From Octopus sinensis (taxonomy: Eukaryota): a stretch of 64,000 nucleotides of DNA. Each line of letters starts with the position of its first letter. The first letter of the stretch is position 1. The notes beneath the pieces are model-generated. The model did not search any database. It saw nothing but the letters and a program-made list of their open reading frames with translations, and was not told where the DNA came from. The stretch is from the NCBI RefSeq assembly GCF_006345805.1, contig NC_043001.1:95728001-95792000 (forward strand), read 5' to 3'. The position numbers and the translations under genes were made by a program. This document shows, in pieces, positions 13,867-26,300 of this stretch.

Positions 13867-14255
13867 TGAGCAAAGCGCCCCCGTCGAATGGACGGTGCTG
13901 AGTTGTCAAGCATCTAAACCATATTTTCTCAAAACAACTTGTCCGACCGTCCCATAGACCTCCCATTTGAGAAACACTGATTTGACCTAAATATCAGGCA
14001 CCAGTAAATGAAGAAATAAAGATAGATATTTTTTTCTTTTCCACGAAAAACGATTTTACAAATGCAGGATCTCACGGCTTTATCGATCGTATTCTCACCT
14101 GGAATCGATTTTTGTAATTTTTGCAAGACTTATACACACCCTGATACCGTTGGTATCTACATATCAAATTTGAGCGCAATCGGATGGAGGATGCCCGAAA
14201 ACCTAGAGGACACACACACACACACACACAGACAGAATGGATTTTATATAATAGA
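13867..14255 (-). mobile_element. Probable non-autonomous Helitron-type element
   Basis: Minus strand begins A|TCTATTATATAAAA followed by a (CTGT/TG)n microsatellite. It ends with hairpin ccgtc-cattc-gacgg about 13 nt before a degenerate CTRR|T (CTCA|T). Confidence 0.5.
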
Positions 14256-14504
14256 TTAGTAGGTATGCTTATGAGAAAAGAACCTGCCCAAGCAGACGAT
14301 ATATATGCCATTTCATGCAAATTCGTTTGAAAGTTCAGCTTCCTAGTAGTTTGTAAACGTCGGAGATAGCTAGTAAAAACGAGACAGCACATATGTTAGG
14401 ATATAATAACACCCTAAACAAATATGAGTAGCATATCTGAACTGGTATTAATGAAGGAAGGGAAATATTCGATTCATAAGCACTGAAATTTACTCCATAA
14501 TAAC

Positions 14505-14600
14505 GGGTATATAGCGCAGTGGTTAAATGCGCGGGCTACTAAGCCCAAGATTCCGAGTTCGACTCCAAGCCGTAACATGAATAATAATAATAATAATAAC

Positions 14601-14665
<65 letters not shown>
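14505..14665 (+). mobile_element. Short tRNA-derived SINE (tRNA-like head plus (AAT)n tail)
   Basis: D-arm GCGC/GCGC with TGGTT A-box, anticodon-like arm with CTACTAA, and GAGTTCGACTC B-box, followed directly by (AAT)n at 14581-14665. The acceptor stem does not pair, so it is not a functional tRNA. Confidence 0.7.
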
Positions 14666-14667
<2 letters not shown>

Positions 14668-14710
14668 TTAGGAACGAGAATTCCAAGTTCAAAATTCCGA
14701 CTAACAAACT

Positions 14711-14800
<90 letters not shown>
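14711..14800. repeat. (GATA)n microsatellite
   Basis: Perfect tetranucleotide run. Confidence 0.95.
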
Positions 14801-14972
14801 CAAATAGAATGATGGATTGGAAGAAAGAACCCTCTAATCTTAAATTGTGGCCGTCCTTTCTCGATGTGTCTGATGATGGCAGATATGAGAGGATGGATCA
14901 TGTAATTTGTAGAGCGAAACTAGGGCACTGCTTTCTTGTGGTGGTCAATATGCTCAAGCAAGTAGATGTTAG

Positions 14973-15541
14973 TATTGGGTTGTCCGGAACGTTTGTGCAG
15001 ATTTTTAATGGAAAGAAAAAAAGTCAATAAGTACTTGCCATTACAGTTTTAATCAAACAAATATGAACCATTGTGTTGCACAATGCGTCTCCATCTTTCC
15101 TTTAACTTGAAAAAAACCCTCTTCACAGAACTGAGGAGGTTTCATGGCAAAGAATTCAAGGTATTTTTTTACGGCATCCAAGGAATCGAAATTTTTACCA
15201 TTGAATCTATTCTGCAGAGATCTGAATAAGAGGAAATCCGAAGGAGCAATATCTGGTAAATATTGAGGGTGGGATAACACATTCCAGCCGGGCTGCAGCA
15301 ATTTCTGTCTGGTACCCAAAGCATCAATTGCCGAAAATGAACATTGTTATCTTCCATTTTAAAGGGTTCCAGAATTAACACAGGTTATAGGAACATAAAC
15401 CTACTTCCCCGAAAAGATAGCTTAAACTGTACTCTAAATGGAAGTGTAGTTAAATCCTATTTTATGGATTCAACCATGTTATAAAATAAGTCGAAATGTA
15501 AGCTGCTACAAATCGGGACGGACTTTCCGGACAAAACAATA
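14973..15541 (-). mobile_element. Internally deleted mariner
   Basis: TIRs tattgggttgtccggaac and tttccggacaaaacaata, TA-flanked. N-terminus MEDNNVHFRQLML is fused to the C-terminus ...GWNVLSHPQYLPDIAPSDFLLFRSLQN (YSPDLAPSD motif). Confidence 0.88.
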
Positions 15542-16129
15542 TTTGCTAATATTTTATAGGTTGAGCAAATGTTTTCATACGCAAACAGTGACGGATATAA
15601 AGGAGCCACTAAGATTCGAATGAACGTTAGCCTATGATATCTTCAAAACCCATGATAATCAGTAATTAATATTTCATGGTGCTTTACTTTGAAGTTATGT
15701 TCACGGAACAATGAAGATTAAGTTTGAAATTATACGACGTTCATCATACATGTCTCAGTTGTTCAGCTACGTGTGCTAAACATATTCATAATGATCGAGA
15801 AAACTCCTAACAAGATTACTAAATAGTGTTGTAGATCCATTAAGCTTTAATTCCAAGCGAGAGCGATAGAATTTACTATAGGGAACATTTAGAATATTTA
15901 TAAGCATCTAGCATGCATGCACACGCACATATATACACACATACACTTAAACCCCCACATGCGCATACACACAAACACGCACGCACGCATACACACCCAT
16001 GCATACATATGCACATATTCAGCCATAGCATACAGAGTTGCAATCGTTTGAATCAGGACTACATTATTTAAAGATCCATGCCAAGCAATGGGGCGAATAT
16101 GAATATGAATATGAAACTATATATATATA

Positions 16130-16174
<45 letters not shown>

Positions 16175-16177
<3 letters not shown>

Positions 16178-16275
16178 ATTAGGGAGTATATCCAAACTTA
16201 CAGGGAAAAATTAGATTTAGGATTAAATCTAATTTCACAGTATAAAAGCCTAAAAGTGGTTTATCTCCAATTTAC
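16175..16275 (+). mobile_element. PLE 3' remnant (ORF end fused to pLTR end) in (TA)n
   Basis: Translates IREYIQTYREKLDLGLN. Both halves match the two ends of the minus-strand element at 52818-53115, but the HHR-bearing middle is absent. Confidence 0.7.
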
Positions 16276-16438
16276 TTTATATATATATATATATATAGAT
16301 CAATAAATGGTGGGGTTGTGTTGACCGCACGTGGAGAAATGATAAGTAAGGAAAAAACTTTTTTAAAAATGCAGAATGCTCAAATGAAAGAAAATTTTAA
16401 TAAAATGAGAAATTGATAAAATATATAAATATATATTT

Positions 16439-16477
16439 ATTCAACGGGTTTTCGTCATTGTATGACTTGTCAAGAAT
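16439..16477 (-). ncRNA. Degenerate hammerhead ribozyme motif
   Basis: Minus strand: attc-TTGACAA (CTGACGA with 2 changes)-gtca taca a tgac-GAAA-acccg-TT-gaat. Stems I and II pair, the core is mutated. It lies in an AT-rich pLTR-like block at ~16296-16680. Confidence 0.45.
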
Positions 16478-16680
16478 ATTTATGTTTTAAAAAAGTTTTT
16501 TTTTAAATTAGAAAGGGGGAAAAAAGGGGAAAAAAAGAAAATTGCATTGTTCTTTGTAAAATAATAATGATAAAAATGTACAAAAATTAAAAAATAAGTT
16601 CTCCGATACATTGTGAGTTCGTTGTGTATCTTGAGTTTTATGGTTGTTTACGAAAAAATTACCTTGAGGTGTTAAGATCC

Positions 16681-16975
16681 TGTAGTGCAGTTTAGAAAAA
16701 CACGTAAGGCATCGATATCCGCTACCATCATCACTATAATAACTGGAGACTGTTTTAACTGAAGTATGGACAAATATTCTTTTTGAAACACTTCACACTT
16801 TGTACGAGGCCAACCCTCATAGGATTGAAGCTGTAATTAATACCAAAAGCGGCCTTACCTCCTATTAAAATAAATTTGCTTGAAATCTTAAGGTTTCTCC
16901 ATTATTTTGCCCAACCCCTATATATCTATATTATGCGTATGTATGTATGTATGTATGTATGTATGTATGTATATA
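16681..16975 (+). repeat. Local duplicate of 10454-10750 (Tc1 3' end, right TIR and its unique flank)
   Basis: About 10 differences over ~240 bp by eye. Identity continues past the TIR into tatatctatattatgcg(tatg)n. Confidence 0.9.
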
Positions 16976-17053
16976 TGTATGTATGTATATATATATGTAT
17001 ATACACTATATATATATATATATATATATATTGAGAGAGAAAGAGAGATAGAC

Positions 17054-17088
<35 letters not shown>

Positions 17089-17101
17089 TGTTCTGAGTGA
17101 T

Positions 17102-17133
<32 letters not shown>

Positions 17134-17163
17134 CATGTATATACACTATATATATATATATAT

Positions 17164-17365
<202 letters not shown>

Positions 17366-18788
17366 TACACATACATACATATACACACACATACATAAGA
17401 TAGCTCGATAGATAGGTAGATAGAGAGACAGGCATGCAGGCAAAGGGATAGGCAGACATATAATCACAGACAGTTCTATTTATAGATTTGTATAAGCTTC
17501 TTTCTATCTGTTCACAACGTATACGCTAATTGTAGGCATATATGTGCGTTGTTGTTGTTTAACTGGAAGTCCACGCTTATCTATCCGAAGATTGATCAAT
17601 GATGTGTCAGACGGTATCATCCGTTCAGTTTAGTGGTTTGGAGAACTACGTTATCAAATGTCTTATTTTTTGAGACCTGCAGGTTATGATTGGAAGTATT
17701 ATTACAAATCAATTGGATGACAGCAAGGAGATAAGAATAAATACAACAGCAAAATCTGCTGTAATCTCTTTAAACGGTATCTGGAAAAAATCCATCAATA
17801 ACTAAAAAAAGATCGAAATTTAAATTTCTGCACACTTCGATATTTCCAATAGCAGCGAATGGCTCTTAATGTTTGATTTCCGGAGAATGTGAAAATAAAG
17901 GAAAAGACAAATAGGGTGGTTCTACATATGATATTAGAGAAAATCTCTGATAATTAAGCTCAACAATAAAAAAAGGGTCACGTAAACATATTGTGGAACA
18001 AATTGGAATGGAATTTATTATGAAGAGGAAATACGTAATTTACTTAGGGCGTGTTGTAGCGAAAGGTACCACGGAGAGCTGAAAAGTTCGTGGCGTTAGG
18101 GGATTTGTGGTACGAATATCATTCGTGCGAGTTGTTTTACAGGGATTAGAAAAAGTAAAACGGCTGCTGCAATAACTGTCTCTGAGAGGGTAGTATGTTA
18201 TATTCAATTCTTTTAATTTACTCGTCAGCTCTGACCTTGCGACGCATTCAAACTTTCTTTGCTATATTTTTAGTACAGAAAATCCACTAAGATACGTGAC
18301 ATTTGGTGAATATTAGAGTTTGATGTTTCTGCCCTCATCTAAGTTTCTTGCTGTGCAGTTGGGTCATGCAATGATCTTGACTGAAGGAAGTACAGTTTTG
18401 CTTTGAAGACACCAACATTCACCCCATATGGGACCCCCAGGCTTTTTGCGAAGATGGTGGAGAAGTACTGGCCTTTGAAAACACACGCACACACACACAC
18501 ACACACCACACACACACACACACAAACATATACAGTTCTGAATACTGTATCGATAGTCATACTTTTGCTACTCAACATATTCTTTGTTATTTTACATTTT
18601 GTCTGATTTCCGTCATTGCAAATCCTTGCATCGGTGTATAATAAAATAAAATATTGTTTAATAGAAAACAATTAGAAAGGTATATTCGAGATACAACTGA
18701 AGTAGGAGGATCAGATATTTGGAAGTCTTAAGTACCTTATGTTTTACTAACATAAAAGAGATCAAATGATGCCTAGTAGGTAGTTCTA

Positions 18789-18950
18789 GGTAAATTCCAC
18801 TTCCGTAAATTCCAGTAGGGAAAATTCCACCAGGTAAATTTCACCATAGGTAAATTCCACAAGGAAAATTTCACCATAGGTAAATTCCTCAAGGAAAATT
18901 TCACCATAGGTAAATTCCACGACGATATATACCACCATGGTAAATTCCAC
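18789..18950. repeat. Tandem array of GGWAAATTYCAC 12-mers (~15-bp period, 30-bp higher order)
   Basis: About 10 copies, e.g. cataggtaaattccacaaggaaaatttcac repeated. Confidence 0.85.
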
Positions 18951-18994
18951 ACATGGACAGATGCTATTACAATTTCGATTGATGTTGTTTCTTT

Positions 18995-19300
18995 TCATTC
19001 GTGGTCAAATATCGTAATATCATGTTTATTGTTTTCTATATGGCTTAGTGTTATTACTGAGCTGTCTACTAAAATCTTAAGCTTTTCATTTGTTACCTTT
19101 TCATTTTGCAAATTTCTGATTTTCTGAATTTTTTTTTCTTGTGGCATGTTATATTGCTGTAGTAGGTTTGCAAATATTATCTTGCTTATCTCATTATGCC
19201 TATCTTTACATTTCGTATGTGCTATTATTGCACATTGCATTACCGTGTATTCAAAATTCCCTTTGTTCTTTACTTTTTTTTTGGTTTTTATAATATCTAC
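18995..19300 (-). pseudogene. R4/Dong-type non-LTR retrotransposon, restriction-like endonuclease region fragment
   Basis: ...CAIIAHTKCKDRHNEISKII...NEKLKILVDSSVITLSHIENNKHDITIFD resembles the RHN/RHD and N.K.KILWD..IQT....N.PDI motifs of REL-endonuclease LINEs. Confidence 0.65.
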
Positions 19301-20602
19301 ATGCCTTTTTGGTTCTACAGTAGTTACTTCTGACTTGTAAATACTGTATAATATTGTTATCTATCATTGAGTATTTGCTGTGTTTTATAAATTTCAATGG
19401 GTCATCGAAACAATATGTCAAATAATTCAAAATATAATTTTGAGAAGCATTTTAAAAGTTACCTAAATTAATGCAAGGAAAAAACCTTAGTCAATATTGT
19501 TTTCAGGTTACTTTATTGCTAAATGGTGTCCCGTTACTTGACAGTTATCTCTCCAGGTCAGAAACAAGGTTACTTCACATTCATAGATAACGCACTGTAC
19601 TAGACACATGTCATTAGAATGTTGTAGGAAAGAAAAACAAACCGATGCTCAAACTGAGCCAACCAGTATGTTACATAGCGCTAGACCAAGTTGAGTGGAT
19701 AATATTCATCGTCTCATTTGCTGACATGTGAGAATACAGCCGAGAAATCTAACGACGATTGCTTCACCCGCGGACCGTATATGACATAGATGATGTCCGA
19801 AAGGACATGATCTTTCCATGTACCCATGACAGAGAAAATTCCTGCCTGGATAGTAATTCGGAAGGACAAGTTTTATTAAACTTTAATACTAAATATCGAC
19901 ACATGTTTGTTTCCCTGTTCTTAACATATGTTCAAAATATATTGGGTATCATGTAAATACTAATAATGTACCCTATGTTAACTACCTGCGTAATTGTAAC
20001 CTAAGGCGTACAAACATTGAAATGTATATGTGTGTGAGTATGATATGTGTGCATGTGTGTGAGTATGTGAGAACTTATAACAAACATTTAGAAATTAACA
20101 ATTTGACATAAGAAAAACATTAAATGCATTCGAAATTTCAAATGTGTAGACTTCAATTGAAATGTGTAGGGTTTATTTAAAACACAATATCGCATCCGCA
20201 TTAGTGACTATTTCTTTTTTCATCAAATCCGTACAGAAATCGTGAACCAGCAACTTCGCAGTAACCACTTCCATATTGAATATTTGTAAAGACAATCGCG
20301 TATATTTTAGAATCATACGAAAATGATTTAAAAGTACAAAAGCCATTTTTTATAGTAGTCGGAATATAGTATAATGTTAGTATATGAAAACAGCAGCAAT
20401 ACAAGGCATTGTAAGGTGTTGTTTGAAAATGATACATTGTCACTTCTAAAGAATAAAGAATATATGCATACGTACAAACATAAATGCATATGTATAACAC
20501 ACATGTATATGCATACATATGGGTGTGTGTATTAATAAATATATAGATATGTATGTGTATATATATAATTTCTCACTCTCCTTCTATGTATGTATATACT
20601 TG

Positions 20603-20640
<38 letters not shown>

Positions 20641-21555
20641 AGGAATAGATACATAGATAGATACATACATACATCATACATACATACATACATACATGCA
20701 TATATACATACATAAAAACACACTGTCACACCATTATAACAAGACAGAAATTGATACATTAATATTTTGCACTGTATTCTTGGCAACTCATTTAAAGAGA
20801 ACATTATATATCTATTATATCAAATCTGTAGCACAACCAATACAGGTAGTGTTACTGAAAATAATATGTAGTATCTACATTTAGAAGGGAAAAAAATACC
20901 TTTTAAGGAATCCAGTGCAAATCGGTAAAAGGTAATTCAAGAGAAATATACAGAAATTCCTCTATGTGGAGTTCACATTTCATCAGCGTTTTCTAACGTT
21001 CACCAACACATATATCAATAGATGAATTTATATAAATGCAAAGCTAGAACTTGGAGTCTATATAGATACGTATACATTACGTGTTGTGAGCCGAGTGTTG
21101 CGTTAAAACATGACAACATTTTATATAATGTTCTTTCAAAGATGAATCCGTAATCGTTTCCATTTCTGTTCGAAATAGCGAATTTGATAATTTCTACATT
21201 AACTTATAAACGCATGGTCTTATCTGATAACTTGGCTGAACATAAATACCAAAGTTTAATACACCTCAAAAATGTGAGCTGTCCTTTCTTAGACATTTGC
21301 ATCGTTGTTTAATAAAACGCACTTTTTTCTGCGGTAAAATGCAAGCAGTACTCCTTTGGAATTGAATCCACTGTAACGCACATATCTAGTTCAGTCGTGA
21401 AGGTCCTCGAATCAAAGATCTAGGTTTTCTTCAAGAAAACTACATTAACCGCCACCACTTAAGTGCATTCAGGTTTGCCTTTCATCATAAGTTTCCTTTA
21501 AACTTTGGTTTCAAGTTTTGTCATAAAGTTGGAAAATTCGGTATGGAGGAGTAAG

Positions 21556-21994
21556 TATTGGGTTGTCAGGAAAGTTCGTGCCGATTTTTAAAGGAAAGAA
21601 AAATATGAACCATTTTGTTGCGCAATGCGTCTCCATCTTTTGACTTAACTTGAAAATATCCTCTTCCCAGAATTGAGGTTGTTTCATGGCAAAGAATTCA
21701 TCAAGGTATCTTTTTACGTCATCCAAGGAATTTTTACCATTGAGTCTATTCTGCAGAGACCTGAATAAGTGGAAATCCGAAGGAGCAATATCTGGTGAAT
21801 ATGGAGGGTGGGGTAATACATTCCAGCCGAGCTGCAGCAATTTAGGAACACAAACCTTCCTCAATGGAAATATAGCTTAAATTGAGACCTAAATGGGGTA
21901 TAGTTAAATTCTCTTTTATGGACTCAACCATGTTCGAAAATAAGTCGAAAGTTAAGCTATTATATTGGGCATGAACTTTTCTGACAACCCAATA
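21556..21994 (-). mobile_element. Internally deleted mariner, same family as 14973-15541
   Basis: TIRs tattgggttgtcaggaaagttcgtgcc and ggcatgaacttttctgacaacccaata. Encodes LGWNVLPHPPYSPDIAPSDFHLFRSLQN. Confidence 0.92.
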
Positions 21995-22683
21995 GTTTAC
22001 ACTGACCCTAGTGTTCAATTGGTACTTATTTTATTGACCCTAAATTAGGAAATGCAAAGTTTATTTGAAACAAGAAAGTAAAGACGGACAATATGCCGCT
22101 AAGCATTTTGCCTTGCGTGATAACAATTCGCCCAGCTATCCAGGTTAGTGCCTTGTTAGATTTAGCGTCTGTAGTGTGGAGAATTGGCTGAAATGGTAGC
22201 ACACCAGACATACTCTTCGGCTTTCCGTCCGACTTTAGGCGATGAGTTCAAATACTGCCGTGTTCAATTTTCTTTTTTTTCTTTAGGGTTACATATCGGA
22301 GGTTAAATCCCATATGATACCTCACCCTATATGTGTGTGTTTGTGTGAATTGATCGACCTGAAAAAATTAATGCTACCATTGTCAGAGGCGAATCGGCTT
22401 TATTTAGGACGTTCAATGTTTCTCAACTAATTAAAAGACTCATTTAGTAAACCTATCAGTAACGTACCCATATTGATTACTGATAATATCAGTAAGCCAA
22501 ATTTACCCTAATTAAGTAAAAAATATGTAATTGCCATTATCTATAACTTGTCTTATATATCACTCTGTAAAATCCGGTTTGTCTGGAGCCCAACTACAGA
22601 TTTGCGATATAGAATCGTAATGAATCATAATCTGGAACACTATGACAATAATATTTGCATGTTTTCACTAATCTAAACAATAT

Positions 22684-22758
<75 letters not shown>

Positions 22759-24424
22759 ATATGTATGTGTTATGTGTGTATGTCTGTATGTATGAATGTA
22801 TTTATGCACAGGCAGACTGTGCGAGTTTACTGTACCTTCATAGGTAGAAATACCCCCAAAAAACACTCTATTCTGTCAGAGGTAAGTATCATTTCATATA
22901 CCCAATTTAAGAAGCTACAAGTAGTGTCATACAAGCGAGCCAATAATTTGGCAGATTCGTATTACATGCTATATGTCTCTGAGCAATATTTCATCCTTAG
23001 TACAAACTGGTAGATGTATTTGGAAAATAATGCTAGAAAGTAAACCCGACCGCGTGGACCATATATTTATGCTAAATAACTGGGTCAGATTGAACTGAAA
23101 ATATTTGTTTTTACTTTGCATTGCTGGCGTTGTAGAAGTATTAGAAAATACATTTATATAACATGGGATTAATCTGGATAAAACAAGTGATGACGCGTTC
23201 TCATCCGTACTCATGCTTTAAAGAGAAACACCCAAGTATTTACTGCTATACTAATAGCATTTGATAAATAATTTGTCTCTGTTTATTTCTAGTATGCGAC
23301 TTTATACATGTTTTATTGTACATTGATAGATTGTAAATATAATATTATATGCTATGAAGAATATATGGCACGTACGATATAAAATCAATGTTGTCCATAA
23401 AGTGTTATTAATTCATTTTAAGTATGATCATACAAGCATAACATGGATGTTAAAGTGTGGATGCCTTTATCGGAAATTTTGGTGACATAAGTGAATGAAA
23501 ATTGCTCCGACTGAGAATTTCAAAGCTCATTGGCAGATCACTACTTGCAGTGCAACATAGGCCATTTGCCAACTAATTATTCCCAATTCAAAAAGCAGAT
23601 GTCAATCTTCTTTTATTTATTTGGCAGCATGTCAGAGTTCAATACAGCTAATTTAAACCATTATATGTACATGATTAATATGCTTCATGTTAACCTTTAT
23701 CTTGAAGTAGCAGACTATTTATTCATATAGTTTTTAATTGGCTGATTAAAGCTATAACATGGATAATGATGAAAAATTACAAGGTATCATTTGCAAAACA
23801 TTCTCCGATATCCCTATTAACAGTAAATGATAATATTAATGACTGTTTACCTAGTTAAAATCACTATGTGCCTTAAAAAAATATTATTGTTTTTCTTTTA
23901 TTTTTCAGAAGAATAGAGGATGTTACGAAATTTACATTTTCCAGTGTCCTGACATCATTTGTATTTCCCTTCGTTTTGCTGCAAGAATCATGGATATGAA
24001 TTTATTTACTTTTTAAATACTTTGTGAGCAACAAATTTTAGTCGTAGAAATTGCTTTGCCTACTGGTACAATAATGATCGAATTAACATCGATTACCAAA
24101 TTAAAAACAGGAAAATTTATCAAATACATAGATGAAGAAATAAATATATTTTGAAGTAAATGTAATCATATTAGAGGAAGGGAAAGAACGGAATAAACTT
24201 GAAACTTCTCCAAATATGTGAAACGAAAATTCTCCAACAATTTGAAATAATTTAAATATGAAAGTATGTCATCAGTAGATATTAAAATCTGGTTTATGAA
24301 TAATATAACCAATAATATAAAGGATAAGCAGAAAAAATGATTGCGAATGCCATAACAGTTTTAATTCTAATTTAATGTAATTTAATTTTAATTTAATTTG
24401 TTTGGGCTCAAAAAGCAAAAACAA

Positions 24425-24595
24425 GGCCATGTAGGGGGACATGGAGTTATGTACAGGGAGGGTGATCATACAAAGAGGTCAGGCCATTTCTGGACAAGAG
24501 AGACTTTGAACCGATGCAGTACACAACGCGGCACTGGGGTACAGAAATCGAAACCACAATCGTATGATCATGCGTCCTACATCTTAACCTAAAAG
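24425..24595 (-). mobile_element. Degenerate SINE, family-D-like head
   Basis: aatcgaaaccacaatcgtatgatcatg is the reverse complement of the head motif at 3575-3603. Confidence 0.5.
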
Positions 24596-25438
24596 GCTGA
24601 ATATAGTTTCGGACAGACAAAAGAAGTACGTACCATCGTAGATATCAGTTGTAATGCTGACGTGAATATGTCTCTTTTTTGTCAAAGCGAAAGGAGCATA
24701 ACTATGTATAATCGGCTCAAAACCTTCAGCTTCTATATCCAAATTATAGATTCACATTTATGCATAAAATAATCGATCTGCTAGGCGTTGTGCATAAATG
24801 TCATAGTGAGAATCTGGATAAGATAGGTCTTTGGAAAAACATCAACGAAACTGTAACACATCAAAATAGAATGTCTACAGAGAACCATAAATATACGCAA
24901 ATGACAAATTTATGAAATAAGACTCTATGTTTCTTATCTACTTTCCAAAGATGAAGCATAATAACTTTATTAGGAACAAGAGAACACACACACACAAGCA
25001 CACGCATATATGCTTGTGGTATGTAAGTGTGTTTCTGCGTGCGCATATGTGTACGCGAGCGCGTTTGTTATTCTGCATATATCGGCGTGTATGTGTGTGT
25101 GTGCGTGTTCCTGTGTGTTTGTCTGTGTGAGTCTTTAAATGATATAGTATATAGGAGATATATTATAAATGGCATAGACGTCAAGGATTCATTAATGTAT
25201 TCCTAAGTGCACGAAACGCCGAGTAAATGATTAAAAAACGTGAGAGGAAGCAATTGTGAGAATATAAATTATAATCAGCTTTAAACACCAAAGATTAATT
25301 GAGAGAAACGCAATTTAAGATATCGGGAAAATTAATTCATCGGGGAATAAATTAGAAAATAAATGATATTTCAAATACTGGTTTAACATATATAACATTA
25401 GTTGATGCCATTTAATATATTTAATGCTATATACTTAC

Positions 25439-25484
25439 CTGAGATCAATCGCCAAGATTTCTAAGATGCTGTTCTTAAGTTTTT
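25439..25484 (-). other. Candidate 46-nt exon
   Basis: Acceptor ttatttcgacttaacAG with a CTAAT branch-like motif upstream, and a consensus donor CAG|GTAAGT. Confidence 0.3.
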
Positions 25485-25640
25485 CTGTTAAGTCGAAATA
25501 ACGTAAGTTATTAGCAGTGGAATAAATTTCAAATCATGCAGAATAGCCTATCGTTATGATACCCCGTTATATATGCAACGGTTATTAGTTTGACGTTGTA
25601 AAACCTTAGAGTTTGTGATCATAAAGATACTAATACTTAC

Positions 25641-25694
25641 CAGTTCAAGATTAATGTAATTATAATGTATACTGGAGTTCTTTCATCTCGATAC
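25641..25694 (-). other. Candidate 54-nt exon
   Basis: Acceptor tttatttctattgcAG and donor CTG|GTAAGT. A 156-nt GT-AG intron would link it to 25439-25484. Confidence 0.35.
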
Positions 25695-26169
25695 CTGCAA
25701 TAGAAATAAACTTTTGTGTGGTTTTGGTGAAGTTTAAAATTTCTAAATTATATGATACGGAGTGAAATTAAATATTACGCGTAGGCATTAAGTAAAATAT
25801 ATGATTAGATATTGAAATCAATATTTCAATAACTAATTATATCAGAGCAGTTTTGAATTTAATGTTAATATTTGGCTCTGAAAGTAGTGTAATAACAGGT
25901 ACATAGATTTACACTGTAATGATAGAGAAAATGTAAAGCTGTCCTCAACTTCTTTCGCTTTGTCTATATAATAAAAATGTCGGAATTGTTAAAACATAGA
26001 AACGCTCAGTTGTGTAATGGATATCATTGTTCAAGTACTGATGTATAGATTAAACTATATACAGTGGCTTATACATGCATTCATGCATACATACATACTT
26101 ACGTACATAAACACAGCACATATACAATCATATACATATACATACATATATATATATATATTATATATA

Positions 26170-26204
<35 letters not shown>

Positions 26205-26265
26205 ACACATATATTTATATTTATGTATATATCTATACGGATATACATATCTATACATAGAAATG

Positions 26266-26300
<35 letters not shown>

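Noticed and set aside
14505-14580. Possible functional tRNA gene
   Set aside because: The acceptor stem does not pair, the T-stem is imperfect, and it runs into an (AAT)n tail. Treated as a SINE.
18066-18260. Possible decayed mariner-derived MITE (gctgaaaagttc...)
   Set aside because: Only one terminus is faintly recognisable and there is no second copy in the window.
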